A stretch of 40,737 nucleotides of DNA. It comes from Fusobacteriaceae bacterium. Lineage in GTDB: Bacteria > Fusobacteriota > Fusobacteriia > Fusobacteriales > Fusobacteriaceae. Shown here in pieces: positions 6,390-14,590 of the stretch. Below the pieces are notes generated by a model that did not search any database, was not told the origin of the DNA, and was given only the letters and a program-made list of their open reading frames with translations. The stretch lies in NCBI GenBank assembly GCA_016938425.1, contig JAFGUR010000083.1, positions 1 through 40,737 of the forward strand, written 5' to 3'. Each line of letters starts with the position of its first letter. Position 1 is the stretch's first letter. A program made the position numbers and the translations under genes.

Positions 6390-8708
6390 TCACATTGATA
6401 AAAACTTATATATTTCAGTTAATCCAGAATAAACCTTATGTCTATTTTCTTCATTAACAATAACAAGACTAGGTACAGAACGTATATTATATTTTAATGC
6501 ATGTTCGATATTGTCACTTGCATTTATAAAAGTAATATTTTCTTCATCTTTCAATAAATTTTTAGCTTCTGGGCACTTTGGACATGTTTCTGTAGTAAAA
6601 AGATATTTATATATAATTTCAGAATTTTTATTCTCTTCGCTGTCTTCTGAATATTTAGTATATTCTTTTCTCATCAAATACTCTGACTGTTTCCCATCAT
6701 TCCAATGCTTTATTGGTCTGTAATAACCTGTAATTCGACTGTATACCTCTGTTTCTTCTGAACAATGAGGGCAAACAAATTGTTCCCCTTCAAGGTATCC
6801 ATGAGTTTTACAAATAGAATAAGTTGGAGATATTGTAAAATATGGAACTCTAAAATTTGAAGCTATTGTTTTTACAAGTTTTGAACATGTTTCCCAATCT
6901 TTTATTTTTTCTCCTAAAAACCCATGAAATACGGTTCCGCCAGTAAATTTACTTTGAAGTTTTTCTTGAATTTCAAGGGCATCAAAAATATCATCTGTAT
7001 AATTTACAGGCAAATGACAAGAATTTGTATAAAAAGGTGACTCTCCATTTTTAGAAGCAAGTACAATCTCTTGATATTTTTCTTTATCCATTTTCGCAAG
7101 TCTATAGCTTGTACTTTCTGCAGGAGTTGCCTCTAAATTATATAAATTCCCTGTTTCTTCTTGAAAATCTGCTATTTTCTCTCTCATAAATTCCAATACT
7201 TTTTCTCCAAATAATCTTCCTCTTTCACTAATAAGACTACTTTTTATCCACGAAGCATTTAAAGAACATTCATTTAGCCCAATTAATCCTATTGTAGAAA
7301 AATGTGTATTAAAATTATTTAGATATCTCTTTGCATAAGGATATAATCCGTCATCCATAAACTTAGTTATTACTTTTCTTTTGATTTCTAATGAACGTTT
7401 TGCAATGTTCATAATATAAGAAAGTCTTTCAAAAAATTCTTCCTCATTTTCTGAAGTGAAAGAAATTCTAGGAAGATTTATTGTAACTACTCCAATTGAA
7501 CCAGTTTTTTCTCCACTTCCAAAAAGTCCTCCAGTTTTTTTCTTCAATTCTCTTTTGTCCAATTGAAGTCTACAACACATGGATCTTACATCTCCGGGAT
7601 TTAAATCTGATTTTATAAAATTTTGAAAATATGGAGTTCCATATTTTGATGTCATATCAAATAAAAGCTTTGCATTTTCACTATTCCAAACAAAATCCTC
7701 TGTTACATTATAAGTTGGTATTGGATATTGAAAACCTCTTCCGTTAGCGTCTCCTTCAAGCATTATTTCTATAAATGCTTTATTTATTATGTCCATTTCT
7801 TTTTGACAATCTTTATATTTAAAATCTACTTTTTTCCCACCGATAATCGCATATTCTTCTGATAAATCCTTTGGTACAGTCCAATCTAGAGTAATATTGG
7901 AAAAAGGAGCTTGAGTTCCCCACCTACTTGGAGTATTTACTCCATAAATAAAGGATTGTATACATTGTTTCACTTCTTTATATTCCATATTATCCTTTTT
8001 TATAAAAGGAGCTAAATATGTATCAAAGCTTGAAAAAGCTTGAGCTCCAGCAAATTCATTTTGCATTATTCCTAAAAAATTAACCATTTGATTGCATAAA
8101 GTCGATAAATGTTTTGCAGGGCTTGAAGTTATCTTCCCATTTACGCCTCCCAAACCTTCTTCTAAAAGCTCTCTTAAAGACCAACCTGCACAATAACCAG
8201 TTAACATTGATAAATCATGTAAATGAAAATCTCCATTTCTATGAGAATTTGCAATTTCTTCGTCATATATTTCTGACAACCAATAATTAGCAGAAATTGC
8301 TCCAGAATTATGTAATATAAGTCCTCCAATAGAATAGGTTACTGTAGAATTTTCTTTAACTCTCCAATCCTCTGTATTTATATAAGAATCTACTACTTTT
8401 GAGTAATCCAAAATGTTTTTCATATCTCTTAGTTTTTCTCTTTGCTTTCTGTATAAAATATATGCTTTGGCAACTTTGCTATACCCTACATCACTAAGAA
8501 CTTTTTCTACTGAATTCTGTATTTCTTCAATGTCAACTTTTCCGTGTATAATTTTCTCTTGAAAATCAGCAGTAACTCTCAAAGACAATATGTCTAGCAT
8601 GTCTTCAGAAAAACAAGTTTTCGTTGCATTAAATGCTTTTTCAATTGCTTTTTTTACTTTAAACACTTGAAAATCATCAATTTTCCCATTTCTTTTTACT
8701 ACTTTCAC
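6390..8708 (-). CDS. nrdD: Anaerobic (class III) ribonucleoside-triphosphate reductase with C-terminal thioredoxin-fold extension
   Basis: N-terminal ATP-cone (VVKRNGKIDDFQVFKVKKAIEKAF). Thiyl-loop CCRLQLD. Zn-ribbon CPHC. Glycyl-radical motif SRITGYY (nt 6720-6737). An extra ~73 aa tail carries CPKC (nt 6573-6584) and a cis-Pro-like SVPS. Confidence 0.92.
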   Translation of the reverse strand: MKVVKRNGKIDDFQVFKVKKAIEKAFNATKTCFSEDMLDILSLRVTADFQEKIIHGKVDIEEIQNSVEKVLSDVGYSKVAKAYILYRKQREKLRDMKNILDYSKVVDSYINTEDWRVKENSTVTYSIGGLILHNSGAISANYWLSEIYDEEIANSHRNGDFHLHDLSMLTGYCAGWSLRELLEEGLGGVNGKITSSPAKHLSTLCNQMVNFLGIMQNEFAGAQAFSSFDTYLAPFIKKDNMEYKEVKQCIQSFIYGVNTPSRWGTQAPFSNITLDWTVPKDLSEEYAIIGGKKVDFKYKDCQKEMDIINKAFIEIMLEGDANGRGFQYPIPTYNVTEDFVWNSENAKLLFDMTSKYGTPYFQNFIKSDLNPGDVRSMCCRLQLDKRELKKKTGGLFGSGEKTGSIGVVTINLPRISFTSENEEEFFERLSYIMNIAKRSLEIKRKVITKFMDDGLYPYAKRYLNNFNTHFSTIGLIGLNECSLNASWIKSSLISERGRLFGEKVLEFMREKIADFQEETGNLYNLEATPAESTSYRLAKMDKEKYQEIVLASKNGESPFYTNSCHLPVNYTDDIFDALEIQEKLQSKFTGGTVFHGFLGEKIKDWETCSKLVKTIASNFRVPYFTISPTYSICKTHGYLEGEQFVCPHCSEETEVYSRITGYYRPIKHWNDGKQSEYLMRKEYTKYSEDSEENKNSEIIYKYLFTTETCPKCPEAKNLLKDEENITFINASDNIEHALKYNIRSVPSLVIVNEENRHKVYSGLTEIYKFLSM

Positions 8709-8814
8709 TTAACAATCCCCCCATAAATAAAAAATTATTTTAGATAATTTACTTGTAGTTTTTTTATGTCTCTTATATAGGATACTCCTATTTTTTACAA
8801 AAATCAAATAAAAA

Positions 8815-8830
8815 ACACTATATATTGTAT
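8815..8830. promoter_or_regulatory. NrdR box 1
   Basis: ACACTATATATTGTAT matches the 16-bp NrdR palindrome consensus acaCwAtATaTwGtgt at 15 of 16 positions. It lies 107 nt upstream of the nrdD start. Confidence 0.7.
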
Positions 8831-8846
8831 ATTTTTCATTATTACA

Positions 8847-8862
8847 ACCCAATATGTAGTAT
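8847..8862. promoter_or_regulatory. NrdR box 2
   Basis: ACCCAATATGTAGTAT matches about 13 of 16 consensus positions. Centre-to-centre distance from box 1 is 32 bp (three helical turns), the usual tandem arrangement. Confidence 0.6.
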
Positions 8863-8948
8863 TTGTTAATGGTTGAGAGTATCTTAAAATAAGTTTAATT
8901 TTTTTGCTTTTACTTAGTAGTTTATGTTTTTTAAGATGGATATTTTAT

Positions 8949-8977
8949 TTGTAAATCTTTATTTAGTTGAGTATACT
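8949..8977 (+). promoter_or_regulatory. Sigma70-like promoter of the ATPase-HNH cassette
   Basis: TTGTAA (8949-8954), a 17-nt spacer, then TATACT (8972-8977), about 33 nt upstream of the ATG at 9011. AT-rich DNA gives many such matches by chance. Confidence 0.4.
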
Positions 8978-9010
8978 TAAAATTGAAAATTAAGTTTTTT
9001 GGAGGAAAAT

Positions 9011-10777
9011 ATGGAGTTACTTTATGTGTGGGTAGAAGAGTATGGGAATATTAGGAGACAGGGGTTTAACTTTAGTCCAAATTATGATATTAATTATGAC
9101 CCCGATACAAAAGAATTAAAATGTGAAAAAAAAGAAATGCAACAACCAAAATTATTTGGAGATAATATTTCCAATATTACTGCTATTGTTGGAAAAAATG
9201 GGAGTGGGAAGAGTACTTTGCTTCAAATTATTATGTTAATAAAAAAGGAGCAATCTATATATAAAAATATGTTTGCTTGCATTTTTAAAAATTATAAAGG
9301 GAAATTGTATTCCAGTAATAAGCAAATACTTACAGCAAATTTTTTAGAGTTAGAAGAAGAATCAAACTTTGAATTAATATATTACTACGATAATATCGAC
9401 GATTCCATAAAATACAATCAGTCATATAATGGGGAGGTTTTTTCTGATATATCTACGGGTTATTTGTTAAACCCCAAATCTTCTTCCATGGAAAGTTCGA
9501 ATAAATTGTTATACGATTATCATTTTGAAGAATTAAAAAAACAAGTTAATTTTTTTAAAGATAAACATAATGTATTGAAAAAATTGCCTTATAATAAATA
9601 TTTTGAATCTTTAAAATCAATAAAAACAATTAGAGTAGAAATATATCAATTTAGTGATATTAAAATGATAAAATACCATGAGAAAAATGTTGAAAAAATC
9701 ATAAAAAAAATAAATTTCAAGGAATTGAACAAAGAATCTTTTGCAGGGAAATTAGTAGAAGAATTATTAAAGAGATTAATATATGATTTATGTGGAGATG
9801 AAAGTTCACAAGAATTAATTAAAGATTTACTCGATGAAAAGAAAAAAGTAATAGGATTAAATTCATTTCTAGATATATTAAATGAAAAACAATTAGCAAC
9901 TACATTTATTAGTAATGATGAGAGTATTAAGATTATAAAAAAAATTTTGAAAAAAGAAAGTATATTTAAAGAAATTCATAGTATTCTTAATGATTCTATA
10001 GAAATAAATTTTTTAACAGACGGTGGAGAACCAACACAAAAATTTAATGATTTTATCAATGATTTTCAAAGAATACAATCTATATTTAAGTTTAGATGGA
10101 CAGTTTTACTAAGTTCCGGAGAATTAACATTATTAAAAATAATGGGAAGATTCCATTCTACGGGTGGAAACTATTTCTCACCATTAATTTTATTGGATGA
10201 ACCTGATACTACTCTTCATCCAGAATGGCAAAGAAATATGGTTGCATTTTTAAATTCTTATTTTTCAGAAATTTATTATAATTGTGCTGAGGAACGAAAT
10301 AAAAACATCCAAATAATCCTGACTTCCCACTCTCCCTTTATCGCAAGCGACTTACCGAGAGAAAATGTGATTATGCTTAATACTGATAAAGATGGAAATT
10401 GCGTTGTGAAGAATGACAAAGATATAAAAACTTTTGGAGCTAATATTTTTGATTTGTACACAGACGCTTTCTTTGTTGAATCTAGTTTTGGAGAGTTTGC
10501 AAAAGGGAAGATAAAAGATGTTGTAAAGGATTTGACTCTAAATGAAAAAGGAGAGTATAGTGATTTATCGAAAGAAAGAATTAAAGAAATTGAATATATT
10601 ATTAATTCTATTGGAGAAAAACTTGTAAGTGCTAAATTAAAAAAATTATATGAAGAATATAGAAATAATAAAAACAGTGAAGAGTATAAAAAAGAACAAT
10701 TAAAAATGTTACAAGAAAAACTTGGACTCTCTAATGAACAAATGATAAACATTATCAAAACTGGTGATTTACAATGA
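9011..10777 (+). CDS. ABC/SMC-type P-loop ATPase (AAA_15/AAA_21-like; Septu PtuA-like)
   Basis: Walker A GKNGSGKST (9191-9217). About 300 aa K/E/I-rich helical insertion. Signature-like LSSGE (10109-10123). Walker B LILLDEPD (10184-10207). H-loop TSHSP (10322-10336). Start placed at ATG 9011 after GGAGGA (9001-9006) rather than the track TTG at 8999. Confidence 0.75.
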   Translation: MELLYVWVEEYGNIRRQGFNFSPNYDINYDPDTKELKCEKKEMQQPKLFGDNISNITAIVGKNGSGKSTLLQIIMLIKKEQSIYKNMFACIFKNYKGKLYSSNKQILTANFLELEEESNFELIYYYDNIDDSIKYNQSYNGEVFSDISTGYLLNPKSSSMESSNKLLYDYHFEELKKQVNFFKDKHNVLKKLPYNKYFESLKSIKTIRVEIYQFSDIKMIKYHEKNVEKIIKKINFKELNKESFAGKLVEELLKRLIYDLCGDESSQELIKDLLDEKKKVIGLNSFLDILNEKQLATTFISNDESIKIIKKILKKESIFKEIHSILNDSIEINFLTDGGEPTQKFNDFINDFQRIQSIFKFRWTVLLSSGELTLLKIMGRFHSTGGNYFSPLILLDEPDTTLHPEWQRNMVAFLNSYFSEIYYNCAEERNKNIQIILTSHSPFIASDLPRENVIMLNTDKDGNCVVKNDKDIKTFGANIFDLYTDAFFVESSFGEFAKGKIKDVVKDLTLNEKGEYSDLSKERIKEIEYIINSIGEKLVSAKLKKLYEEYRNNKNSEEYKKEQLKMLQEKLGLSNEQMINIIKTGDLQ

Positions 10778-11811
10778 TTAAAATAGATACAAGTAAAATT
10801 AATAATTGGAAAGATATAAATAAAAAGCATAGTGAATGGTTTTTTGAAGAATTTAAAAGTAATTTTTTGGAACAATTAGGAAATTATAAAAATCTTGAGG
10901 AGAAAGAAAAATGGTTTTTATCCTCTTTGTTTGAAGTTTCAGAAAAAATGGATGAATCTAACATAGATTTATTCACTAAAGAAATCAAAATCTTTTCAGT
11001 TACTAAATTTGATAAGGTTAAACTGGAATTCTTAAAAACTGAATATCAGTCTTTAAGGGATGAAGCAAAAGAAGTTATAAAAAACTGTTTTAAATATGAT
11101 AAGAGATTTATTAATGATAATATTGAAAAATGGTGTAGAAATCTTTTCTTATATTTGGCAAATATAGTAGTATGTCCTTATTGTAATAGGCAATATATTA
11201 CTAAGTTTAATGAACAGGAGAAAGAAAAGAAGAGGTCAACAGCAGACCTTGACCACTTCTACCCACAAGCACAATATCCATATTTAGCGTTGTCTTTATA
11301 CAACTTTATTCCCAGTTGTCATACTTGTAATTCTACTATGAAAAATCAAGATAAAATTGGGATAGATACTCACATCTACCCATACACCGATTCTATGGAA
11401 GAAGATATAAAGTTTACTATAGAAACAGATAGTTTTATGGATAATGTTTTTACTAAAAACCAAAACTTAAATATTGATATAGATGTTATTAGTACAGGTG
11501 TAGAAAAAACTAAGAAAATTAAAAATAGCTTAGAAACTTTTAAACTAAAGGAAGTATATAAAAATTCCCACAGTAAATATGTAGGAGATTTAATACATAA
11601 TTTTCAAAAGTACCCAAAATCCTATACAAAAGCACTTGGAGAGATTTTCTTAGAAGAAAATAAGAATTCAAAGGAACACCAAGAAAAACTCCAAATCCTA
11701 AACGATAATTTCCAAGAAATTATCAAAAAACCCTATACGGACAAAATAGAAAAAGGCGAACCCCTCGCCAAACTCACAAAAGACATAATGGAAGAACTTG
11801 GAATCAAATAA
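10774..11811 (+). CDS. HNH endonuclease-domain protein (Septu PtuB-like)
   Basis: ATGA start/stop overlap with the ATPase gene. HNH core CPYC (11173-11184), DLDHFYP (D-H at 11251-11256), CHTCN (11317-11331). It is flanked by ~130 aa N-terminal and ~150 aa C-terminal regions with no motif I recognise. Confidence 0.7.
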   Translation: MIKIDTSKINNWKDINKKHSEWFFEEFKSNFLEQLGNYKNLEEKEKWFLSSLFEVSEKMDESNIDLFTKEIKIFSVTKFDKVKLEFLKTEYQSLRDEAKEVIKNCFKYDKRFINDNIEKWCRNLFLYLANIVVCPYCNRQYITKFNEQEKEKKRSTADLDHFYPQAQYPYLALSLYNFIPSCHTCNSTMKNQDKIGIDTHIYPYTDSMEEDIKFTIETDSFMDNVFTKNQNLNIDIDVISTGVEKTKKIKNSLETFKLKEVYKNSHSKYVGDLIHNFQKYPKSYTKALGEIFLEENKNSKEHQEKLQILNDNFQEIIKKPYTDKIEKGEPLAKLTKDIMEELGIK

Positions 11812-11815
11812 GCTC

Positions 11816-11853
11816 AAGAAGATTTTTAAAAAAATCTTCTTTTTTATTTTTTT
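11816..11853 (+). terminator. Intrinsic terminator of the ATPase-HNH cassette
   Basis: 12-bp stem AAGAAGATTTTT/AAAAATCTTCTT starting 5 nt after the stop codon, followed by a long T-run. Confidence 0.75.
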
Positions 11854-12085
11854 GAAAATAAAAAAATAAATAAAAGGAAATACCTTTATTTTTAGTAGAA
11901 CTCTTATGGAATTTATTTTATTTGAAAATTTCAACTTACTTAAAAAACCCTTCAAAAGTTTCAGACAATAGAACTACGATAAAATCTCTGTAGTTACTTT
12001 AGCTACTTTATAATAGAACTCTTACAACAAAATCTCTAAAATAACTACTAAACACATTATTAATTTTTAAGGAGATGATGATTTA

Positions 12086-12727
12086 GTGGAAAATGAATTA
12101 GCTGGAAAAAAAGTTGCCGTTCTTGTAGAGACAGAATATATTCATGACGAGATTACCTTTTATGAAAAATATTTTACTTCTCTAGGAGCTCAAGTTGACT
12201 TTATCACTTATCTATTTGGTAAACCTGAAAGAACTATAATATGTGATATTACTGACACAGAAAACCCTGCAGAACATATTCACACAATGAAAGTCTATAA
12301 AGATTTTGATGAGTCCAATCCTAATGATTATTCAATTGTTCTTGTTGGTGCCAATTATGTTGCTTGCCGACTTAGAGAAATTATGCCTATGGGTAGCTTG
12401 TCCAATGTTGATAAACTTAGAACTCCTCCTGCTGTTAGGTTTTTTGCAAGTGCAATGATGAACCCTAACATTGTAAAAGGCGCTTTATGCCACGGATTAT
12501 GGCTATTAACACCTGTTCCAGAGTTACTAAAAGGTAGAAGAGTTATTTGTCATACCGTTGTCTTAGCTGATATTTATAATGCTGGTGGTGTTTACGTTCC
12601 AGACCCTTCACATGTTGTAGTTGATGAAGATTTGGTCACAGCTCGTTCTGCTCAAGACTTAGAAATTTACGCAGAAAATATAATGAAAACATACAGAAAT
12701 CTTATTGAAAAAAAGGAGACTATATGA
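12086..12727 (+). CDS. DJ-1/PfpI family (class I glutamine amidotransferase-like) protein
   Basis: Nucleophile-elbow motif GALCHGLWLL, then LKGRRVICHT and VVVDEDLVTARSAQDL, typical of DJ-1/PfpI. GTG start 11 nt after AAGGAG (12069-12074). Confidence 0.6.
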   Translation: MENELAGKKVAVLVETEYIHDEITFYEKYFTSLGAQVDFITYLFGKPERTIICDITDTENPAEHIHTMKVYKDFDESNPNDYSIVLVGANYVACRLREIMPMGSLSNVDKLRTPPAVRFFASAMMNPNIVKGALCHGLWLLTPVPELLKGRRVICHTVVLADIYNAGGVYVPDPSHVVVDEDLVTARSAQDLEIYAENIMKTYRNLIEKKETI

Positions 12728-14202
12728 AATTAAATAAAAAAGCTTTGGACAATGCTAAATATTTTGATATTAAAAAATTAATTGATAATCATCCAGACCC
12801 AGAAAAATGGATTAAACATATAGATGAAGATTTAATGAAATATTGGATGACTGAAGAAGCAAAGGACTTTGATTTAAATTTATTTTCAACTTATAGAGCC
12901 AACAATGGAAAGAAAATTTCAAAAAATCCTAGTGAATATCCAAAAGAAATAGTTGAAGCTCTAAATAGTAATGATACTAAAGGTTTAATTGACCTTGATG
13001 AAAACTATATTAGATCTCATTCTCGCCAAACATTTGGTTATGGAATCGCATACAATATGACTGGAAAAACTGAATATCTTGAACTTTGCAAAAAAGGTGC
13101 TGAAGCTTTAATGCTTGCCTTTGATAAAGAAAATGGAATGTTTACAAAACAAAATAACATTAATGGTGAGTGGAGTGACCCAATTGATAAAAGAACTTCA
13201 CAAGATTTAGCTTATGGAGTAACTGGTATTGGAATGTATTACTATTTGACTCATGATGAAAAGGCTCTATTCAAATTGCTTCAAGCAAAAAATCATATTT
13301 TCAATCAATATTTATCATATGGTAGAGGATATTTTACTTGGTATCCTAAAACAAAAGATAATCAAACAGATGACCAAGTTGAAATTGTTGCTCAACTTGA
13401 CCAAATTTATGCATATATGATTTGGCTTACTCCTGCATTGCCAGAACCATATCAAACTGATTGGAAAAATTCTCTTAAAGAAATTGTAAATATAATAATT
13501 ACTAGATTCTATAGTGAAAGATATGGATTCTTCTGGGGAACAAATACAGATACTCAGTCTATGCAATTAGGAACTGACCATACAGATTTTGGGCATTCTA
13601 TAAAAACTATGTGGTTAATTTATGAAGTAGGACTTCTTACAAAAGAAATCGCTTTTGTCGATTTTGCTAGACCAAAAATTGATAAAATATTAAAGAAAGC
13701 CTATATAGAAGAAAATGGTTCGTGGGCAAGAAGATTTAGAGAAGATGGAACCCTAGATAGAGACAAAGAATGGTGGGGCCTTGCTGAATTAGACCAAGCT
13801 TGTGCGATACTTTCTCTAAATGACCCTTCTTATCTATCATATTTAAACAATACTTATGATTATTGGTTTAAACATATGATTGATAAAGAATATGGAGAAA
13901 TTTGGCATATGGTTTTATCAAAAGATGACATGCCAGATATAAAATATCCAAAAATCCATTCTTGGAAAAATTGCCTACATAGTACAGAACATGCTTTATT
14001 TGGTTATATAATAGCAAGTCAAATTAAAAATAAAGAATTTACTCTTTATTATGCTTTTAAATCAAAAGATGATGTTTGCTATAAAAGAGTAGCTCCATAT
14101 CTTTTCAGAGCAAATATAACTAAGGTAGAAGAAATAGAAAGTATTAAATTTATGGAAAATGGAAATAAAAAAATTGCTGTTTCTTATTATTCTTTGCATT
14201 AA
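12724..14202 (+). CDS. N-acylglucosamine 2-epimerase (AGE) superfamily, alpha/alpha-barrel sugar isomerase/epimerase-like
   Basis: ATGA overlap with the DJ-1-like gene. Repeated aromatic-rich helical hairpin pattern. C-terminal KIHSWKNCLHSTEHAL resembles the AGE-family WKgpYH..RA motif. Assignment is by motif memory only. Confidence 0.45.
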   Translation: MKLNKKALDNAKYFDIKKLIDNHPDPEKWIKHIDEDLMKYWMTEEAKDFDLNLFSTYRANNGKKISKNPSEYPKEIVEALNSNDTKGLIDLDENYIRSHSRQTFGYGIAYNMTGKTEYLELCKKGAEALMLAFDKENGMFTKQNNINGEWSDPIDKRTSQDLAYGVTGIGMYYYLTHDEKALFKLLQAKNHIFNQYLSYGRGYFTWYPKTKDNQTDDQVEIVAQLDQIYAYMIWLTPALPEPYQTDWKNSLKEIVNIIITRFYSERYGFFWGTNTDTQSMQLGTDHTDFGHSIKTMWLIYEVGLLTKEIAFVDFARPKIDKILKKAYIEENGSWARRFREDGTLDRDKEWWGLAELDQACAILSLNDPSYLSYLNNTYDYWFKHMIDKEYGEIWHMVLSKDDMPDIKYPKIHSWKNCLHSTEHALFGYIIASQIKNKEFTLYYAFKSKDDVCYKRVAPYLFRANITKVEEIESIKFMENGNKKIAVSYYSLH

Positions 14203-14240
14203 GGATTGATAAGTTAACTGTTATCTGTAAAACTCAAAAT

Positions 14241-14590
14241 TAGTTAGTTGCAAAACTAAAAAAATAATTGTACATAAGTATAAATAGAAAGTCTTGGTTT
14301 TAGAGGATTGGCGAGGAGTAATCCTTGCCATGGGCTTGGGTGCCGTCCTGAATCTCTCCTCTTTCCCTAATGCCGTCAACTTAAGAAAATTTTAAGTATA
14401 ATTTGCTTAAATTATAAGCTCTAATGAAGGTTAAAAAAGTTAAAGCTTCAAGTCTCCCCTTATGAGGGAGTTCTTTAGAATCACAAAATTGATGACATTG
14501 TATCTTTCTCCACTGGAGGTGGTGGAAATCTATAAAAACACAGTTTTTTATATAAAAATAATCAAGCCATTGGAGTTTTGCAACAAACTA
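14241..14590 (+). mobile_element. Family-A MITE-like element, copy A3, carrying a nested family-B MITE
   Basis: TIRs TAGTTAGTTGCAAAACT (14241-14257) and AGTTTTGCAACAAACTA (14574-14590), 16 of 17 complementary. Flanked by near-identical AACTCAAAAT (14231-14240) and AACTAAAAAT (14592-14601). The interior is collinear with the reverse complement of 5608-5857 except for a ~130-bp insertion. Confidence 0.85.
14370..14500. mobile_element. Family-B small palindromic MITE, copy B1 (nested in A3)
   Basis: Ends ATGCCGTCAACTT and AAATTGATGACAT(TG) are imperfect inverted repeats. The element is homologous to 24316-24414, absent from the otherwise collinear A2 copy, and flanked by TA on both sides. Confidence 0.7.

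Noticed and set aside
4001-6723. Short plus-strand ORFs 4001-4324, 5347-5532 and 6511-6723, antisense to the DUF134, C_GCAxxG and nrdD genes
   Set aside because: Each lies entirely within a better-supported gene on the other strand. None has an RBS or family motif.
8999-9010. Track start codons that extend ORFs upstream: TTG 8999 (ATPase), ATG 21485 (ileS), TTG 27863 (TSCPD), TTG 31769 (cheW), GTG 4028 (MBL) and GTG 40175 (aroB fusion)
   Set aside because: In each case a downstream ATG sits 4-8 nt after a GGAGG-type Shine-Dalgarno sequence that would otherwise fall inside the coding region. The extended versions also overlap the preceding gene or its stop codon.
10276-10875. 199-aa minus-strand ORF spanning the ATPase/HNH gene junction
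   Set aside because: The translation is hydrophobic and low-complexity (F/I/S/L-rich) and antisense to two motif-supported genes. It has no start context, so it is treated as a frame artefact.
11698-11955. 85-aa minus-strand ORF across the HNH gene end and its terminator
   Set aside because: It runs through the intrinsic terminator hairpin and the poly-A/T tract. The translation is F/K/I-rich with no RBS.
8709-12085. Island boundaries (att-like direct repeats, integrase, tRNA) around the ATPase-HNH cassette
   Set aside because: I compared both flanks by eye. Only short AT-rich coincidences were found (for example TTAGTAG), and there is no integrase, transposase or tRNA. Accessory status therefore remains an inference from gene content.
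14241-14590. CRISPR-repeat or IS200/IS605 omega-RNA interpretation of the GTTGCAAAAC-containing repeats
   Set aside because: The motif occurs as inverted termini of a discrete element flanked by target-site duplications, not as regularly spaced direct repeats with spacers. No cas, tnpB or iscB gene is present. IS200/IS605 elements lack terminal inverted repeats and target duplications.
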